From Candidatus Magasanikiibacteriota bacterium (GTDB taxonomy: Bacteria; Patescibacteriota; Patescibacteriia; Magasanikbacterales; 2-02-FULL-50-9b): 64,000 nucleotides of DNA. A program made the translations under genes and the position numbers. Shown here in pieces: positions 19,589-28,554 of the stretch (its first letter is position 1; each line of letters begins with the position of its first letter). The notes beneath the pieces are model-generated. The model searched no databases. It saw nothing but the letters and a program-made list of their open reading frames with translations, and was not told the DNA's origin. The DNA lies in the NCBI GenBank assembly GCA_903893485.1, contig CAITMK010000014.1:66144-130143 (forward strand). Direction: 5' to 3'.

Positions 19589-20275
19589 CTACGGCTGCCG
19601 CAGGAAGCCGTTCGCGCGCGCCTCGCCGTCGGCCCGCGCGCTCGCATACGCCTGATTCAGCGTGCGCAGCTCGCGGCACTGTGCCGGCGTCGGGTGCGGC
19701 TCGCCGTAGATCTGGCAGTCGCCGTCGCTCCGGGCAGCGCCGCGCTTGTCTTCGGACTTCGTGTGCGCTTTCGGGGCGGCGGGCTCGATCTTGATGACCT
19801 CGCCGTCGTCCTTCTTGTCGCCCGCGTCGTCGGACTTCACGTGTGCCTTGGCCTTGGCTTTCGCCTTGGCCGCCCACTCGCCCTTCCAGTTCTCCGTCGC
19901 GCCCTTGGTGGCGTCGTGGAGGCCCTTGGCGCCCAGGCAGTCCTGGTACGCAGCGCCGCACTTCGCGTTGGCCGCGTTGGCGAGTTCTTGCGCGCGCGCC
20001 TGGCAGATCTTGCCGCTCTCGCCGCAGTTGATGAACTCATGCGCCAAGATGTGCGCGACGAGATTCTTGCAGCTCGTCTGCACCTCCTCGCACGTCGAGG
20101 CCGTCGTCGGCGCCGGCACCGCAACCACCGCCGGCTTCGGCGGATCGTCGGTCGGCACTTTCACCGGGTCGACCTGCTTGGGGCAGTCCTTGCCGCAGGT
20201 CACCGTGGTGGTGCCGCACGCAGCAGCCGTCATCGCGACCAAAACCAGAACGCCAGAAACAAAAAGCTTCTTCAT
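19589..20275 (-). CDS. Secreted lipoprotein, hypothetical
   Basis: Signal plus lipobox (LVAMTAAAC). Cys pairs in the N-terminal half and a Lys/Ala/Asp-rich C-terminal half. GC-rich. Confidence 0.6.
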   Translation of the reverse strand: MKKLFVSGVLVLVAMTAAACGTTTVTCGKDCPKQVDPVKVPTDDPPKPAVVAVPAPTTASTCEEVQTSCKNLVAHILAHEFINCGESGKICQARAQELANAANAKCGAAYQDCLGAKGLHDATKGATENWKGEWAAKAKAKAKAHVKSDDAGDKKDDGEVIKIEPAAPKAHTKSEDKRGAARSDGDCQIYGEPHPTPAQCRELRTLNQAYASARADGEARANGFLRQP

Positions 20276-20545
20276 TGCTTGTGCCTCCCCAATCGGTTAC
20301 TACCGTGGGATCAGTTGACCTTCCAACAATACGAACACCCCAGTGGTGACGCACGTTGTCCAGCCAAATTCAGAAAACAAACTATTCTACCAACTAATTG
20401 TACGGAACTGGAACTGTTGCCCCACGAGATAGGCTTGTGGCCGTCTCAATGTGACTTAATACAATATCACACTTTCCTGGAAAAGTCAAGGGGGTGGGGG
20501 CCATTTAGACCCTCACCCCCAAGAAATGCAAAAAATTATTAAAAA

Positions 20546-21148
20546 TTAGCCAAAAATGCCGTGTTTATGGTGCGCCAAACTATAAATAAAGCTAACCGCT
20601 CCACCAAGCAGGAATCCTGCCACTGCAATTGCCAAAAAATTAGGCTTCTGTGGATACTGCGACGCAACTGGCGAATCAATAAGCCGGTAATCTGCCGCAT
20701 TAACCGCAAAGTCATTGCCCGTTCCACCCAGCACACCCGCAACCGTGCTCGCAATCGCAACGGCCTGCGCCTTATTGGTATGATACGCGGTAATTCCTAA
20801 AATGCCGGTATTATAGGTAACACTCGCATCAATGGTCTGAGACCAAAGCTTGCGGCGCTGCAGTTCGTCTGTTGGAAAATACGAAACATCAATCCCCGAC
20901 CCTGGCACGGCAATTACACGAGAAAAAAATTGACTCGTACCAACAACTTCCGCCAAATTTTGTGCGATACGCTCAGCCGCCTTGCTGCTGGTGTAAGGAT
21001 CAACTCCCGGCGTTGCGCGCGGTGTAATAAGTAATCGAGCTTCAGCGCCATACTTAAGTGGAAAAACCACCAACGCCACGAGACATGCAACAACGGCAAC
21101 CGCCAATCCGCTGCCGACTGACGTGTACAAAGAACGAGCGTAATTCAT
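20546..21148 (-). CDS. Putative polysaccharide chain-length determinant (Wzz/CpsC-like) bitopic membrane protein
   Basis: 201 aa from MNYARS. N-terminal TM and C-terminal TM flank a roughly 130-aa extracytoplasmic domain. The call is by topology and size only. Confidence 0.4.
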   Translation of the reverse strand: MNYARSLYTSVGSGLAVAVVACLVALVVFPLKYGAEARLLITPRATPGVDPYTSSKAAERIAQNLAEVVGTSQFFSRVIAVPGSGIDVSYFPTDELQRRKLWSQTIDASVTYNTGILGITAYHTNKAQAVAIASTVAGVLGGTGNDFAVNAADYRLIDSPVASQYPQKPNFLAIAVAGFLLGGAVSFIYSLAHHKHGIFG

Positions 21149-21149
21149 A

Positions 21150-22208
21150 TTATTGAAGATGAGAAATTTTTGTAGTGAGTGGAACCGCGAGATCAATTGA
21201 TTTTCCGCCGCGCAGTACCGTAACGTGAAGCGTTCCGTCTGCAACCGCTGCCTGCACCAAAGGAAACAATTCGGTATCACCTTCAATGGATGATCCGCCA
21301 ATTGAGGTAATTATATCATCATCTTTCAAATCTGACGCGCCACGAGTTGGACGAAGTGTTTGAACTAAAAATCCTTGGGTGCTTGTGGTTGACTCAAATA
21401 CAAATGGTGAACGAATTGAATTTGCAACTCGCACCGGCAAACTTGCGCGCGTAATGGTGCCCGCCGTAAACACTGATTGAAAAATTGGTTTAACGGCGCT
21501 CGTTGGAATAATTACCAATCGATTATTTTGTGTTGTTGCAAAACCAACTAGTGTGCCCCGCACGGTGATCACCGGAGCGCCATCAGCACTGTGCGGCACA
21601 ATTGATTCAACCACGGCGCCGGCAAACGAAAGTGTATCCGCATATTCGTACGGGCATTTATCCGCAACACAAAGTGAAGTGTCTTGCAGTGTCACGGGCA
21701 ACGCGGTATCAGGCAACACCACAATCAGGCGTGAACCGCGCGCCATGTCTGCTAAATTTTCTTCGTCTAAAATATGTAAATTTTGCGCGTGCGTTTTAAT
21801 GAATGCCAAATTGGTTGCACCGTCGACGATTGTTTTTTCGATGGGCAAACTACCAACGCCGCGTACTAATAATTTTTTTCCGCGCACCGCACGTGCGTCC
21901 GCAATAAACCAACCGTCTGAGGTAATTGCAGTTGCATATGTTGCATCAGCCGCGCCCACCACCGAAGCCACACTTTGCGTTGCTTCCATTACCCGTGTTT
22001 CATCGATGCCATCAGGAGCCTGCTCAATACGCGTTTCATATTTTGTAGTCGCGGTGCTGCCATAACTGGCATACAATAAACTCGCCACAAAACCACTGAG
22101 CGCGCCAATTAAAATCATGGCAACAAAATAACCCGTTGCTGGATGTAACGTTTGTACATTTGTATCTTCTGAAGGAATATGTGGTGCGGTAGGTGTCATA
22201 GGAACCAA
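21150..22208 (-). CDS. Membrane-anchored PDZ-domain protein
   Basis: N-terminal TM. C-terminal PDZ-like segment (DIITSIGGSSIEGDTELFPLVQAAVADGTLHVTVLRGGKSIDL). Confidence 0.5.
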   Translation of the reverse strand: MVPMTPTAPHIPSEDTNVQTLHPATGYFVAMILIGALSGFVASLLYASYGSTATTKYETRIEQAPDGIDETRVMEATQSVASVVGAADATYATAITSDGWFIADARAVRGKKLLVRGVGSLPIEKTIVDGATNLAFIKTHAQNLHILDEENLADMARGSRLIVVLPDTALPVTLQDTSLCVADKCPYEYADTLSFAGAVVESIVPHSADGAPVITVRGTLVGFATTQNNRLVIIPTSAVKPIFQSVFTAGTITRASLPVRVANSIRSPFVFESTTSTQGFLVQTLRPTRGASDLKDDDIITSIGGSSIEGDTELFPLVQAAVADGTLHVTVLRGGKSIDLAVPLTTKISHLQ

Positions 22209-22750
22209 CTAAATAATGAAACGCAAAATACAATTACGATTACAAAAATACTTGCGGTAATGATAAGACGTTTTGTGGAGTTGCCCGCGGTAATGCCATG
22301 CACAAGCGTTGCCAAAAAAGCGAACGCTGCCGCGGCCAATGCGCCACGACCAAAAAAACTTGCGGATCCAAACAAAAGAACTAAACACCAGATAGTCCAA
22401 AGCGCACCAAAAACAATTCGGGTGGTAAAATCTTTTTCAAAAAGAAAAATAAATCCGATACAAACAATAGTGGTGATAAGTGCGACTGACCAAACAGGCA
22501 TTAATTGAAGTGCGCTACAGCCATACGCAAGTGAAATCCATTCCCACGCCGCAAAAGAAAAAAGTGCGGTGCGAAGCGTTGGAAATTTTTCGGTGAGTTC
22601 GAGGCGACGCGTGACTTCGTAACCAATTGTTAGTACAAGCGCGGCAACCGCAAGCACCCACACCAATGATGACGCATCAAAAAGAAGCGCGAGCAATGCG
22701 GCGCCGATAATCGTTAAAATTTGTGCATTATATTGTACCCAGAATTTCAT
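22196..22750 (-). CDS. Hypothetical polytopic membrane protein
   Basis: About 6 TM helices. Start taken at MKFWVQY. Confidence 0.45.
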   Translation of the reverse strand: MKFWVQYNAQILTIIGAALLALLFDASSLVWVLAVAALVLTIGYEVTRRLELTEKFPTLRTALFSFAAWEWISLAYGCSALQLMPVWSVALITTIVCIGFIFLFEKDFTTRIVFGALWTIWCLVLLFGSASFFGRGALAAAAFAFLATLVHGITAGNSTKRLIITASIFVIVIVFCVSLFSWFL

Positions 22751-22751
22751 A

Positions 22752-23147
22752 TTAACGAGCGGTATTGAACAGTTGGTAATCTTGCACCGCGGTTGCAGCA
22801 CCAGAAACATCATCTTTATCGAGTGCAATAACCCATGCGAGATGACGATCTTTTAGCACGGCAGGCACATAAAGCGCAAGTGCACGCTTTTTTGCTTCAG
22901 CAGCTGAAATCTGTTTTGCCGCATATGCATTTTCTATGGCAAGCGAGTTTTGAATATAAGAATCGATAAGCGATTTTTGTTTTTCGTATTCCCCTGCAGT
23001 CGGTGAAATTTTTGCAATTTCAGCAGCGCGTGTACTTTGTGGCAAATGATTAAACCAAACTACCATAAGCGCGGCGATCGCGGTAACCGCCAAACCAACT
23101 CCACACAAAACAATTATTGGCGCGTGACTTTTGTGATGAAATTTCAT
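22752..23147 (-). CDS. Hypothetical membrane-anchored protein
   Basis: Start MKFHHKSH (ATGA overlap with the upstream stop). One TM then an Ala/Lys-rich domain. Confidence 0.45.
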   Translation of the reverse strand: MKFHHKSHAPIIVLCGVGLAVTAIAALMVVWFNHLPQSTRAAEIAKISPTAGEYEKQKSLIDSYIQNSLAIENAYAAKQISAAEAKKRALALYVPAVLKDRHLAWVIALDKDDVSGAATAVQDYQLFNTAR

Positions 23148-24190
23148 AGCGGTTTTTCTTCGATGATTTCGGTTGCTTTTTCGCCGATAAATGTTTCGCC
23201 AACCGCCATAATAATGCACGCGAGCGGCACACCAAGCAAAACACCGAGCGCACCAAACAAAGTGACACAAACCAAAATCGAAATCATGGACATGATGGAA
23301 TCAACACCCGTTGCACGCTCCATGATTTTTGGAACAATCAAATTATTTTCGAGTTGTTGGATAATGTAATACGCAAGTGCGGTAATAATTGCAGCCAATG
23401 GCGAAACCGTAAGCGCAAAAAATATACCGAACAAACCCGAAAGTGCTGGGCCCACATACGGAATAAATTCGAGCAAAAACGCGAGCGACGCAAGCGCAAA
23501 TGCATATGGCACACCAATCAGCAGCAGCGAAAAATACACCATGACGCCAATCACAAACGACAAAATAATTTGTCCACGTGCCCATCCTCCAAGGCGGCGC
23601 TGAATATTTTGAAACAAACGTGCGGTGGGTGTTGCAAAACGCGGTGGCATGCAAAGTGCGAGCAACTTTTTCATTTTAAAATCATCAACCACCATGTAAA
23701 ACGCAAACACCATGATGAGCACGATTACGCCAACCGCAACAAAAATACCTTGCACCGTTGAAAGCAAGCTGCTGACAGTTAAAAACAAACCGTTTTTTAA
23801 TTCCGCGGCAATCGATGCAATATTTGCCTGAAGCGCATCGCGCAGCATGATACTTTTATCTGGCGGCAACAACACAATCGCTTTGTCCCAAAGCGAAGAA
23901 AAATTTTGCACGATGCTGGTAATTTCACTAAGCAAAACCGGCACCAACAAATACCCAACTCCCGCGAGCAAAATAAGGCCGAAAAAATAGACGCCCAAAA
24001 TAGTAATGGTGCGTGGCAAATAAAATTTCTGCGCCCATTTTGCAATTGGATGCAAAACCGTTGCCAAAATGAATGAAACAAACAAGATAAGAAGCACATT
24101 ACGCGCTTCGTAAATAATGTAACATCCAAGCACCACAAGCACCGCGCGAAGCATGGTTTCGGTGGGGATCGAAAAGGGCTGATTTGCCAT
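23144..24190 (-). CDS. AI-2E family (PerM/UPF0118) transporter
   Basis: 8 TM helices. Family-typical segment LEFIPYVGPALSGLFGIFFAL … IIQQLENNLIVPKIM. Confidence 0.75.
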   Translation of the reverse strand: MANQPFSIPTETMLRAVLVVLGCYIIYEARNVLLILFVSFILATVLHPIAKWAQKFYLPRTITILGVYFFGLILLAGVGYLLVPVLLSEITSIVQNFSSLWDKAIVLLPPDKSIMLRDALQANIASIAAELKNGLFLTVSSLLSTVQGIFVAVGVIVLIMVFAFYMVVDDFKMKKLLALCMPPRFATPTARLFQNIQRRLGGWARGQIILSFVIGVMVYFSLLLIGVPYAFALASLAFLLEFIPYVGPALSGLFGIFFALTVSPLAAIITALAYYIIQQLENNLIVPKIMERATGVDSIMSMISILVCVTLFGALGVLLGVPLACIIMAVGETFIGEKATEIIEEKPL

Positions 24191-24238
24191 AACCGTTGAA
24201 AAAATATTTGGTTCAAGTATACTAGGTTTATCTAAAGT

Positions 24239-24691
24239 ATGCCAACTCTTGCAGAAAACAAATTTGCGCGCCGTGAATACGACGTTTTAGACGAGGTCGA
24301 AGCCGGTCTCGAATTGTTAGGCGTGGAAGTAAAACCAGTGCGCGCCGGCCAAATGAAGCTCAAAGGTTCGTTTGTAAAAATCGTTGGCGGCAACTTGGTT
24401 TTACTGAATGCGTTTATTCCCAAATATACGAAGGCCACCGGCGGCGTTGCTGAAAAATACGATCCGTACCGCACCCGCGCGCTGCTGGTTCACAAAAAAG
24501 AATTGAAAAAGATTTTTGACATGGTTGAGCAGCGCGGCGGCACCATCATTCCCCTTTCGGTGTATACGCGTGGCCGTTTGATTAAAATTAAAGTTGCCGT
24601 GGCACGTGGCCGCAAAATGCACGAGAAAAAAGAAATCTTAAAACAAAAAGATATTGCGCGCGATGCAGAGCGCGAAGCTAAACGTTATTAA
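24239..24691 (+). CDS. smpB: SsrA-binding protein SmpB
   Basis: ENKFARREYDVLDEVEAGLELLGVEVKPVRAGQMKLKGSFVKIVGGNLVLLNAFIPKY matches the SmpB core. 150 aa with a basic C-terminal tail. Confidence 0.85.
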   Translation: MPTLAENKFARREYDVLDEVEAGLELLGVEVKPVRAGQMKLKGSFVKIVGGNLVLLNAFIPKYTKATGGVAEKYDPYRTRALLVHKKELKKIFDMVEQRGGTIIPLSVYTRGRLIKIKVAVARGRKMHEKKEILKQKDIARDAEREAKRY

Positions 24692-24692
24692 T

Positions 24693-25130
24693 ATGACAAA
24701 AAAATGGGATGATACAATCGAGATTACCGGACTCGAGAGCAAACGAATCAAATACGCGTCCGATTACGAAGCACTTATTGACGTGATTAAAAATATTCCA
24801 CAAGTATCCGAAGAAGAAGCGGCCAAATGGAATGAACCCGCATACACCGGCCGTCAAATAGAAATTATGATTATTGAAGTTAAAGAAGGCCGCCGCTCCC
24901 CTAAAAACACGCCGCGCGCATATGGACTTCAAGAAGCGCTTCAAAAATTAGCGTTCATGTATCCAACAACTCAAAGTCATACTCCTAGCGAATTAATCGC
25001 GCGCGAAATTTCAGCCATGGAGCCGACTGTACAAATTCCAAGACCAGATGAACAACGCAAACCAATTCCAAGAAATCCAAGTTTAGCAGCAACCATTGAA
25101 ATTGATCCACGGAACCCTTCGGAAAATTAA
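24693..25130 (+). CDS. Hypothetical protein
   Basis: ORF starting MTKKWDD, 2 nt after the smpB stop. No domain recognised. Confidence 0.4.
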   Translation: MTKKWDDTIEITGLESKRIKYASDYEALIDVIKNIPQVSEEEAAKWNEPAYTGRQIEIMIIEVKEGRRSPKNTPRAYGLQEALQKLAFMYPTTQSHTPSELIAREISAMEPTVQIPRPDEQRKPIPRNPSLAATIEIDPRNPSEN

Positions 25131-25687
25131 ATTTCGATTATTGCATCTTGATACACGTACACAATTTTCGTATTTAAATATTTTTTTACCAATTCATTTT
25201 CTTTTGGATACGTGTGGCCGTGAAATAAATACCCGGGATTCATCTCTTCAATGTACGTGGCAAGGGCGCGATACCCGGTATGCGCAATATCGGTTTGGTC
25301 GTCATTCACGCCAAGCGGCGGGCAGTGTGCAAGTATTACATCAACGCGAGGAAAATTTTTAAGCAGCGCATCAGCTTCTTCTTGCGTGTACATTTTTGCA
25401 TATGCCGATTCTTTGTAGCGCACACAGCCTTCAAATCCGCCAAAGGTAATTCCCTTGTGAGTGAACGTATTAAGATGCATGTTGGTAATACCGAGACCAT
25501 CAAAATAATTTCCCGAGCAGTGATTTCCGTACACGCCGAGTTTTGGAATGTTTGTGATCATGTCGAGACCGCGCAAATCTTGAGATTCTAGGTCGCCAAG
25601 CGTGACAATAAGGTCAACCGGAGTTTCTGCGATAATGTCGCGAATAAGGCGGCGTGGTGGACGATCGGCGATGGCGAGGATGCGCAT
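25127..25687 (-). CDS. Metallophosphoesterase (calcineurin-like, YfcE-type)
   Basis: MRILAIADRP…VTLGDL…GNHC metal-binding motifs. 186 aa. Confidence 0.75.
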   Translation of the reverse strand: MRILAIADRPPRRLIRDIIAETPVDLIVTLGDLESQDLRGLDMITNIPKLGVYGNHCSGNYFDGLGITNMHLNTFTHKGITFGGFEGCVRYKESAYAKMYTQEEADALLKNFPRVDVILAHCPPLGVNDDQTDIAHTGYRALATYIEEMNPGYLFHGHTYPKENELVKKYLNTKIVYVYQDAIIEI

Positions 25688-25688
25688 A

Positions 25689-25997
25689 TTATAGGGGGCT
25701 ACGTGCCGGAAATGGCGTGAGGTTTTTTAATTCGTTGGCTTTTGCGGAATTGATGACGCGTTTATCAGCGAGCGTTTCGATAACTTCATCGACCTTTTCA
25801 TCCTCTTTTCTGAGCGAACCGTTCAATTCACCCTTATATTCGCGGTCTTTCTTATCAATGTAATCGCGAAGCTCGCTATTAGATTTAGCAATCATAAGCT
25901 CTGCATCGGCTTTTGTGAGCATGTTTTGCGCAATAAATTGCAACAATTCCGTACTTTCCTGCGTGGTAAATGTTTGGCCTTCGCCCTCCTGCGGCAT
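25689..25997 (-). CDS. Hypothetical protein
   Basis: 102-aa charged, helical ORF adjacent to the upstream gene. Confidence 0.4.
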   Translation of the reverse strand: MPQEGEGQTFTTQESTELLQFIAQNMLTKADAELMIAKSNSELRDYIDKKDREYKGELNGSLRKEDEKVDEVIETLADKRVINSAKANELKNLTPFPARSPL

Positions 25998-26075
25998 AGG
26001 ATAAAAATTTAAGAATTAATATCTGCGTTATATCAAAAAATATACGTGCTCGAAAGAGGGTGTCAAGGGTTCGAT

Positions 26076-26540
26076 TTAGGCGCCAAAAATCTTCTGCTCC
26101 CAATTCGCAATTTTCGTATCGTGCGAAGCTAGTATTTCAATCATTTTATTTTTTATTTCTTTGTATTCGCTCTGCACCTCATCAATTGTTTTGTTACCAA
26201 CCAAAACGGCAATGTTCGCCTCGATATAAAAATTATATTTGAGTCTGGTCGCAGAAAAATTAATGTCATCAAATACGAGTTCAGACATTAATGATCTTAA
26301 TTTAGCTGCGTCGATTTCTGCGGCCTTATACTGTGCATATGCTTTTTCCCATGCGCTGAAATTTAAATCTTTTTTTAGTGATGCACTCTGATATTCATTT
26401 CGAGCCGCCACCACTGTTTGTGTATCAAAGGCAAGATAATATTTCAGAGCATCTTCATCTTTTTTCTCGATAATTATTACTAACTTTTTTAGAATTAAAA
26501 AAAGAATTACCGTGATGACCAAAAGAAATAAATAAGGCAT
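26076..26540 (-). CDS. Hypothetical membrane-anchored protein
   Basis: N-terminal TM (MPYLFLLVITVILFLIL), remainder helical. Confidence 0.45.
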   Translation of the reverse strand: MPYLFLLVITVILFLILKKLVIIIEKKDEDALKYYLAFDTQTVVAARNEYQSASLKKDLNFSAWEKAYAQYKAAEIDAAKLRSLMSELVFDDINFSATRLKYNFYIEANIAVLVGNKTIDEVQSEYKEIKNKMIEILASHDTKIANWEQKIFGA

Positions 26541-26543
26541 ATA

Positions 26544-27338
26544 TTATGTTAGTTGCTCTAAATTTGAAGTTGAAAATGATCCATTTGCCATGCCTGACAA
26601 TTGACGCAGCGCAGAGAGTAATGATTCTTGAAGCGGAGAAATAATTGCAGTGAATTTATTTTGTAGATCTTCACATTGTTGATCTGAATCTTCACCAAGG
26701 TTATAGCGCGCATTCTGTTCCTTACTAAACGTATCTGCTATCTCCTCACGAAGTGATTCTATGTGGGCCACCAATTTCTGCGCTGATTCCGCTTTTTGCT
26801 CAATGCCAAATGCATCACCGAGTGGCGTTTTCGCCTCCAGCGCTCTTTGGATGGCGCGAGCTTCGGTGGCGCCACCTGTAAATTGCTCATGCGCTGACTG
26901 CAACGCACTTGCAAGTGTTGCGAAATTTTCCGCAAGCGAATTAAAGCGAATGTTGCGTTGGTTATTCGCAAGCGCAAGATCTTCTGATTCCGATGCAAGT
27001 TGTTTCACGTAGCCGTAAAAATTTTCAAGCTCGCCTATTTCACGCTCAAGCATTGTCGGTTCTTGCGAACTCATCACGGATTGCGCTTCCAAAGAAGTGC
27101 CCGATTCTACGACAGGTTCTGACATATCAAGCGCATCGAGCCGTTCTTTTAATGCTTCGCTGCGTTCGAACCGCGCTTCAGTGCGAGATAATTCCGGTTG
27201 TACAGGAATACTTTCAACTGCAGCCTCAACAGTTTTTGGTACTCTCTTTTCAAACCGTGGGATAAATTTCGGATCCGACATAGATTGACAAACGGAGATT
27301 TTTCTGATATTCTGAGTATACGGTTTTTTCTTTGACAA
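26544..27338 (-). CDS. Hypothetical coiled-coil protein
   Basis: 264 aa rich in Glu/Leu/Ala/Ser. No domain recognised. Confidence 0.45.
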   Translation of the reverse strand: MSKKKPYTQNIRKISVCQSMSDPKFIPRFEKRVPKTVEAAVESIPVQPELSRTEARFERSEALKERLDALDMSEPVVESGTSLEAQSVMSSQEPTMLEREIGELENFYGYVKQLASESEDLALANNQRNIRFNSLAENFATLASALQSAHEQFTGGATEARAIQRALEAKTPLGDAFGIEQKAESAQKLVAHIESLREEIADTFSKEQNARYNLGEDSDQQCEDLQNKFTAIISPLQESLLSALRQLSGMANGSFSTSNLEQLT

Positions 27339-27355
27339 TTCAATAATTCTTCTTT

Positions 27356-27755
27356 GGGGATGACAGGCTTCGAGAAGAAAAAGAAGGCTCTAACGGGCGT
27401 GTCGGGAATGTACTGCTTCTCGCAAAACGCAGTACAAATCCAAGTGCAAACATCTTTGCACGTGCAAAAGCGACGATTGCTAACGCATTCGCTCCAACTT
27501 TTGTACCAGCATTCGCTTAATTGCCAATGCCATCGAACCAGACGTTCACGGTCCGGTATTCGGTGTTATTAAACAGTGAAGTAGAAACTCCGAGCGCTGC
27601 AAGTCGCGCGTAGTTCCGAAATCAATACTTGTCTTGTGCATTGGCTTGTTTGTCCAATTGATGGCCGCGCATAAGTAAAAATTAACTGGACTACACACGT
27701 AGGCCGCGAGTATCCTTTTTCTTTGACCCGGGTTCAATTCCCGGCATCTCCACCA
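27356..27755 (+). ncRNA. ssrA: tmRNA (transfer-messenger RNA)
   Basis: 5' GGGGATGACAGGCTTCGAG pairs with 3' CATCTCC-A-CCA to form an acceptor stem with a G3-U70 wobble (alanine identity). T-arm CCGGG-TTCAATT-CCCGG. Internal tag ORF …GCT AAC GCA TTC GCT CCA ACT TTT GTA CCA GCA TTC GCT TAA. About 400 nt. smpB lies 2.7 kb upstream. Confidence 0.85.
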
Positions 27756-27903
27756 CTGAATTTTATTTTTTTGTTTGTTTCGGAGACGTGTCAGTTTGGC
27801 CAGCGCCAAACTGCACTTACTCTCGGCGCGCCATTTTTGCCTTCGGCAAAAAAACCGGCTGGCGCGCCTGCGAGATACTCCTCTACAAACAAAAAAATAA
27901 AAT

Positions 27904-28452
27904 TTGCCTATCCTTATCACCTACTTCGTCCACGGCACCACTTTGGACAATGAACAAGAAATTTCATCCGGCTGGTCAGACGCAGAGCTTTCCGCACTCG
28001 GCATTGAACAATCACACAAATTAAAAAATCTCACCGCCGATAAAACTTTCGACGCAATTTTTTGTTCGGACTTACAGCGCGCTATCGACACGGCACACAT
28101 CGCATTTGGCGATGGCCCCGCGCCCATCATCCACGACGCACGCCTGCGCGAATGCAACTACGGTACCTACAACGGCCAGCCCTCTGAAATCGTGGAACCG
28201 CTCCAAGAAAAAATGATCACCGAAAAATTCCCTGACGGTGAAAGTTACGAAGACGTCGGACATCGCATCTCGGATTTTTTACAATTCCTAAAACAAAACT
28301 ACGAAGGAAAACATATCGCGATCGTCGCGCACAAAGCGCCGCAGCTTGCGCTCGACGTATTACTCACCAGCAAAACCTGGGGCCAAGCATTCACAGAGGA
28401 TTGGCGAAAAATAAAAGCGTGGAAACCCGGTTGGGAATATCAACTTCTGTAA
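27904..28452 (+). CDS. Histidine phosphatase superfamily (phosphoglycerate-mutase-like) protein, with non-canonical VHG in place of RHG
   Basis: ITYFVHGTTLDNE … AIVAHKAPQLAL resemble the RHGxT and second-His motifs of branch-1 histidine phosphatases, but Arg is replaced by Val. Confidence 0.5.
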   Translation: MPILITYFVHGTTLDNEQEISSGWSDAELSALGIEQSHKLKNLTADKTFDAIFCSDLQRAIDTAHIAFGDGPAPIIHDARLRECNYGTYNGQPSEIVEPLQEKMITEKFPDGESYEDVGHRISDFLQFLKQNYEGKHIAIVAHKAPQLALDVLLTSKTWGQAFTEDWRKIKAWKPGWEYQLL

Positions 28453-28554
28453 AAAATTTGTGGATAAAAAAACACGCCCACCCGCCCCGCCATTACAGCA
28501 AGACAAGGTGAACGTCGTAACATGCGTTTCATTGCTGCATGTCAGAGCACATAG

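Noticed and set aside
12400-20540. Island as prophage or integrative element
   Set aside because: No integrase, recombinase, transposase, phage structural genes, flanking tRNA or direct repeats were recognised. The only mobile-element-associated trace is the degraded RhuM-like gene on the left.
12542-20542. Long plus-strand ORFs (12542-14470, 14658-15977, 17112-18053, 18421-19407, 19583-20542) and many shorter Arg/Ala/Pro-rich ORFs in the island
   Set aside because: They are antisense to the minus-strand lipoprotein and OMP genes. Their composition (Arg/Ala/Gly/Pro-rich, no signals or domains) is the usual antisense artefact of high-GC coding DNA.
27354-27920. ORFs 27354-27572 (+) and 27546-27920 (-)
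   Set aside because: Both lie inside the tmRNA gene. The tRNA-like 3' end at 27700-27755 was first considered a free tRNA but pairs with the 5' GGGGATG to form the tmRNA acceptor stem.
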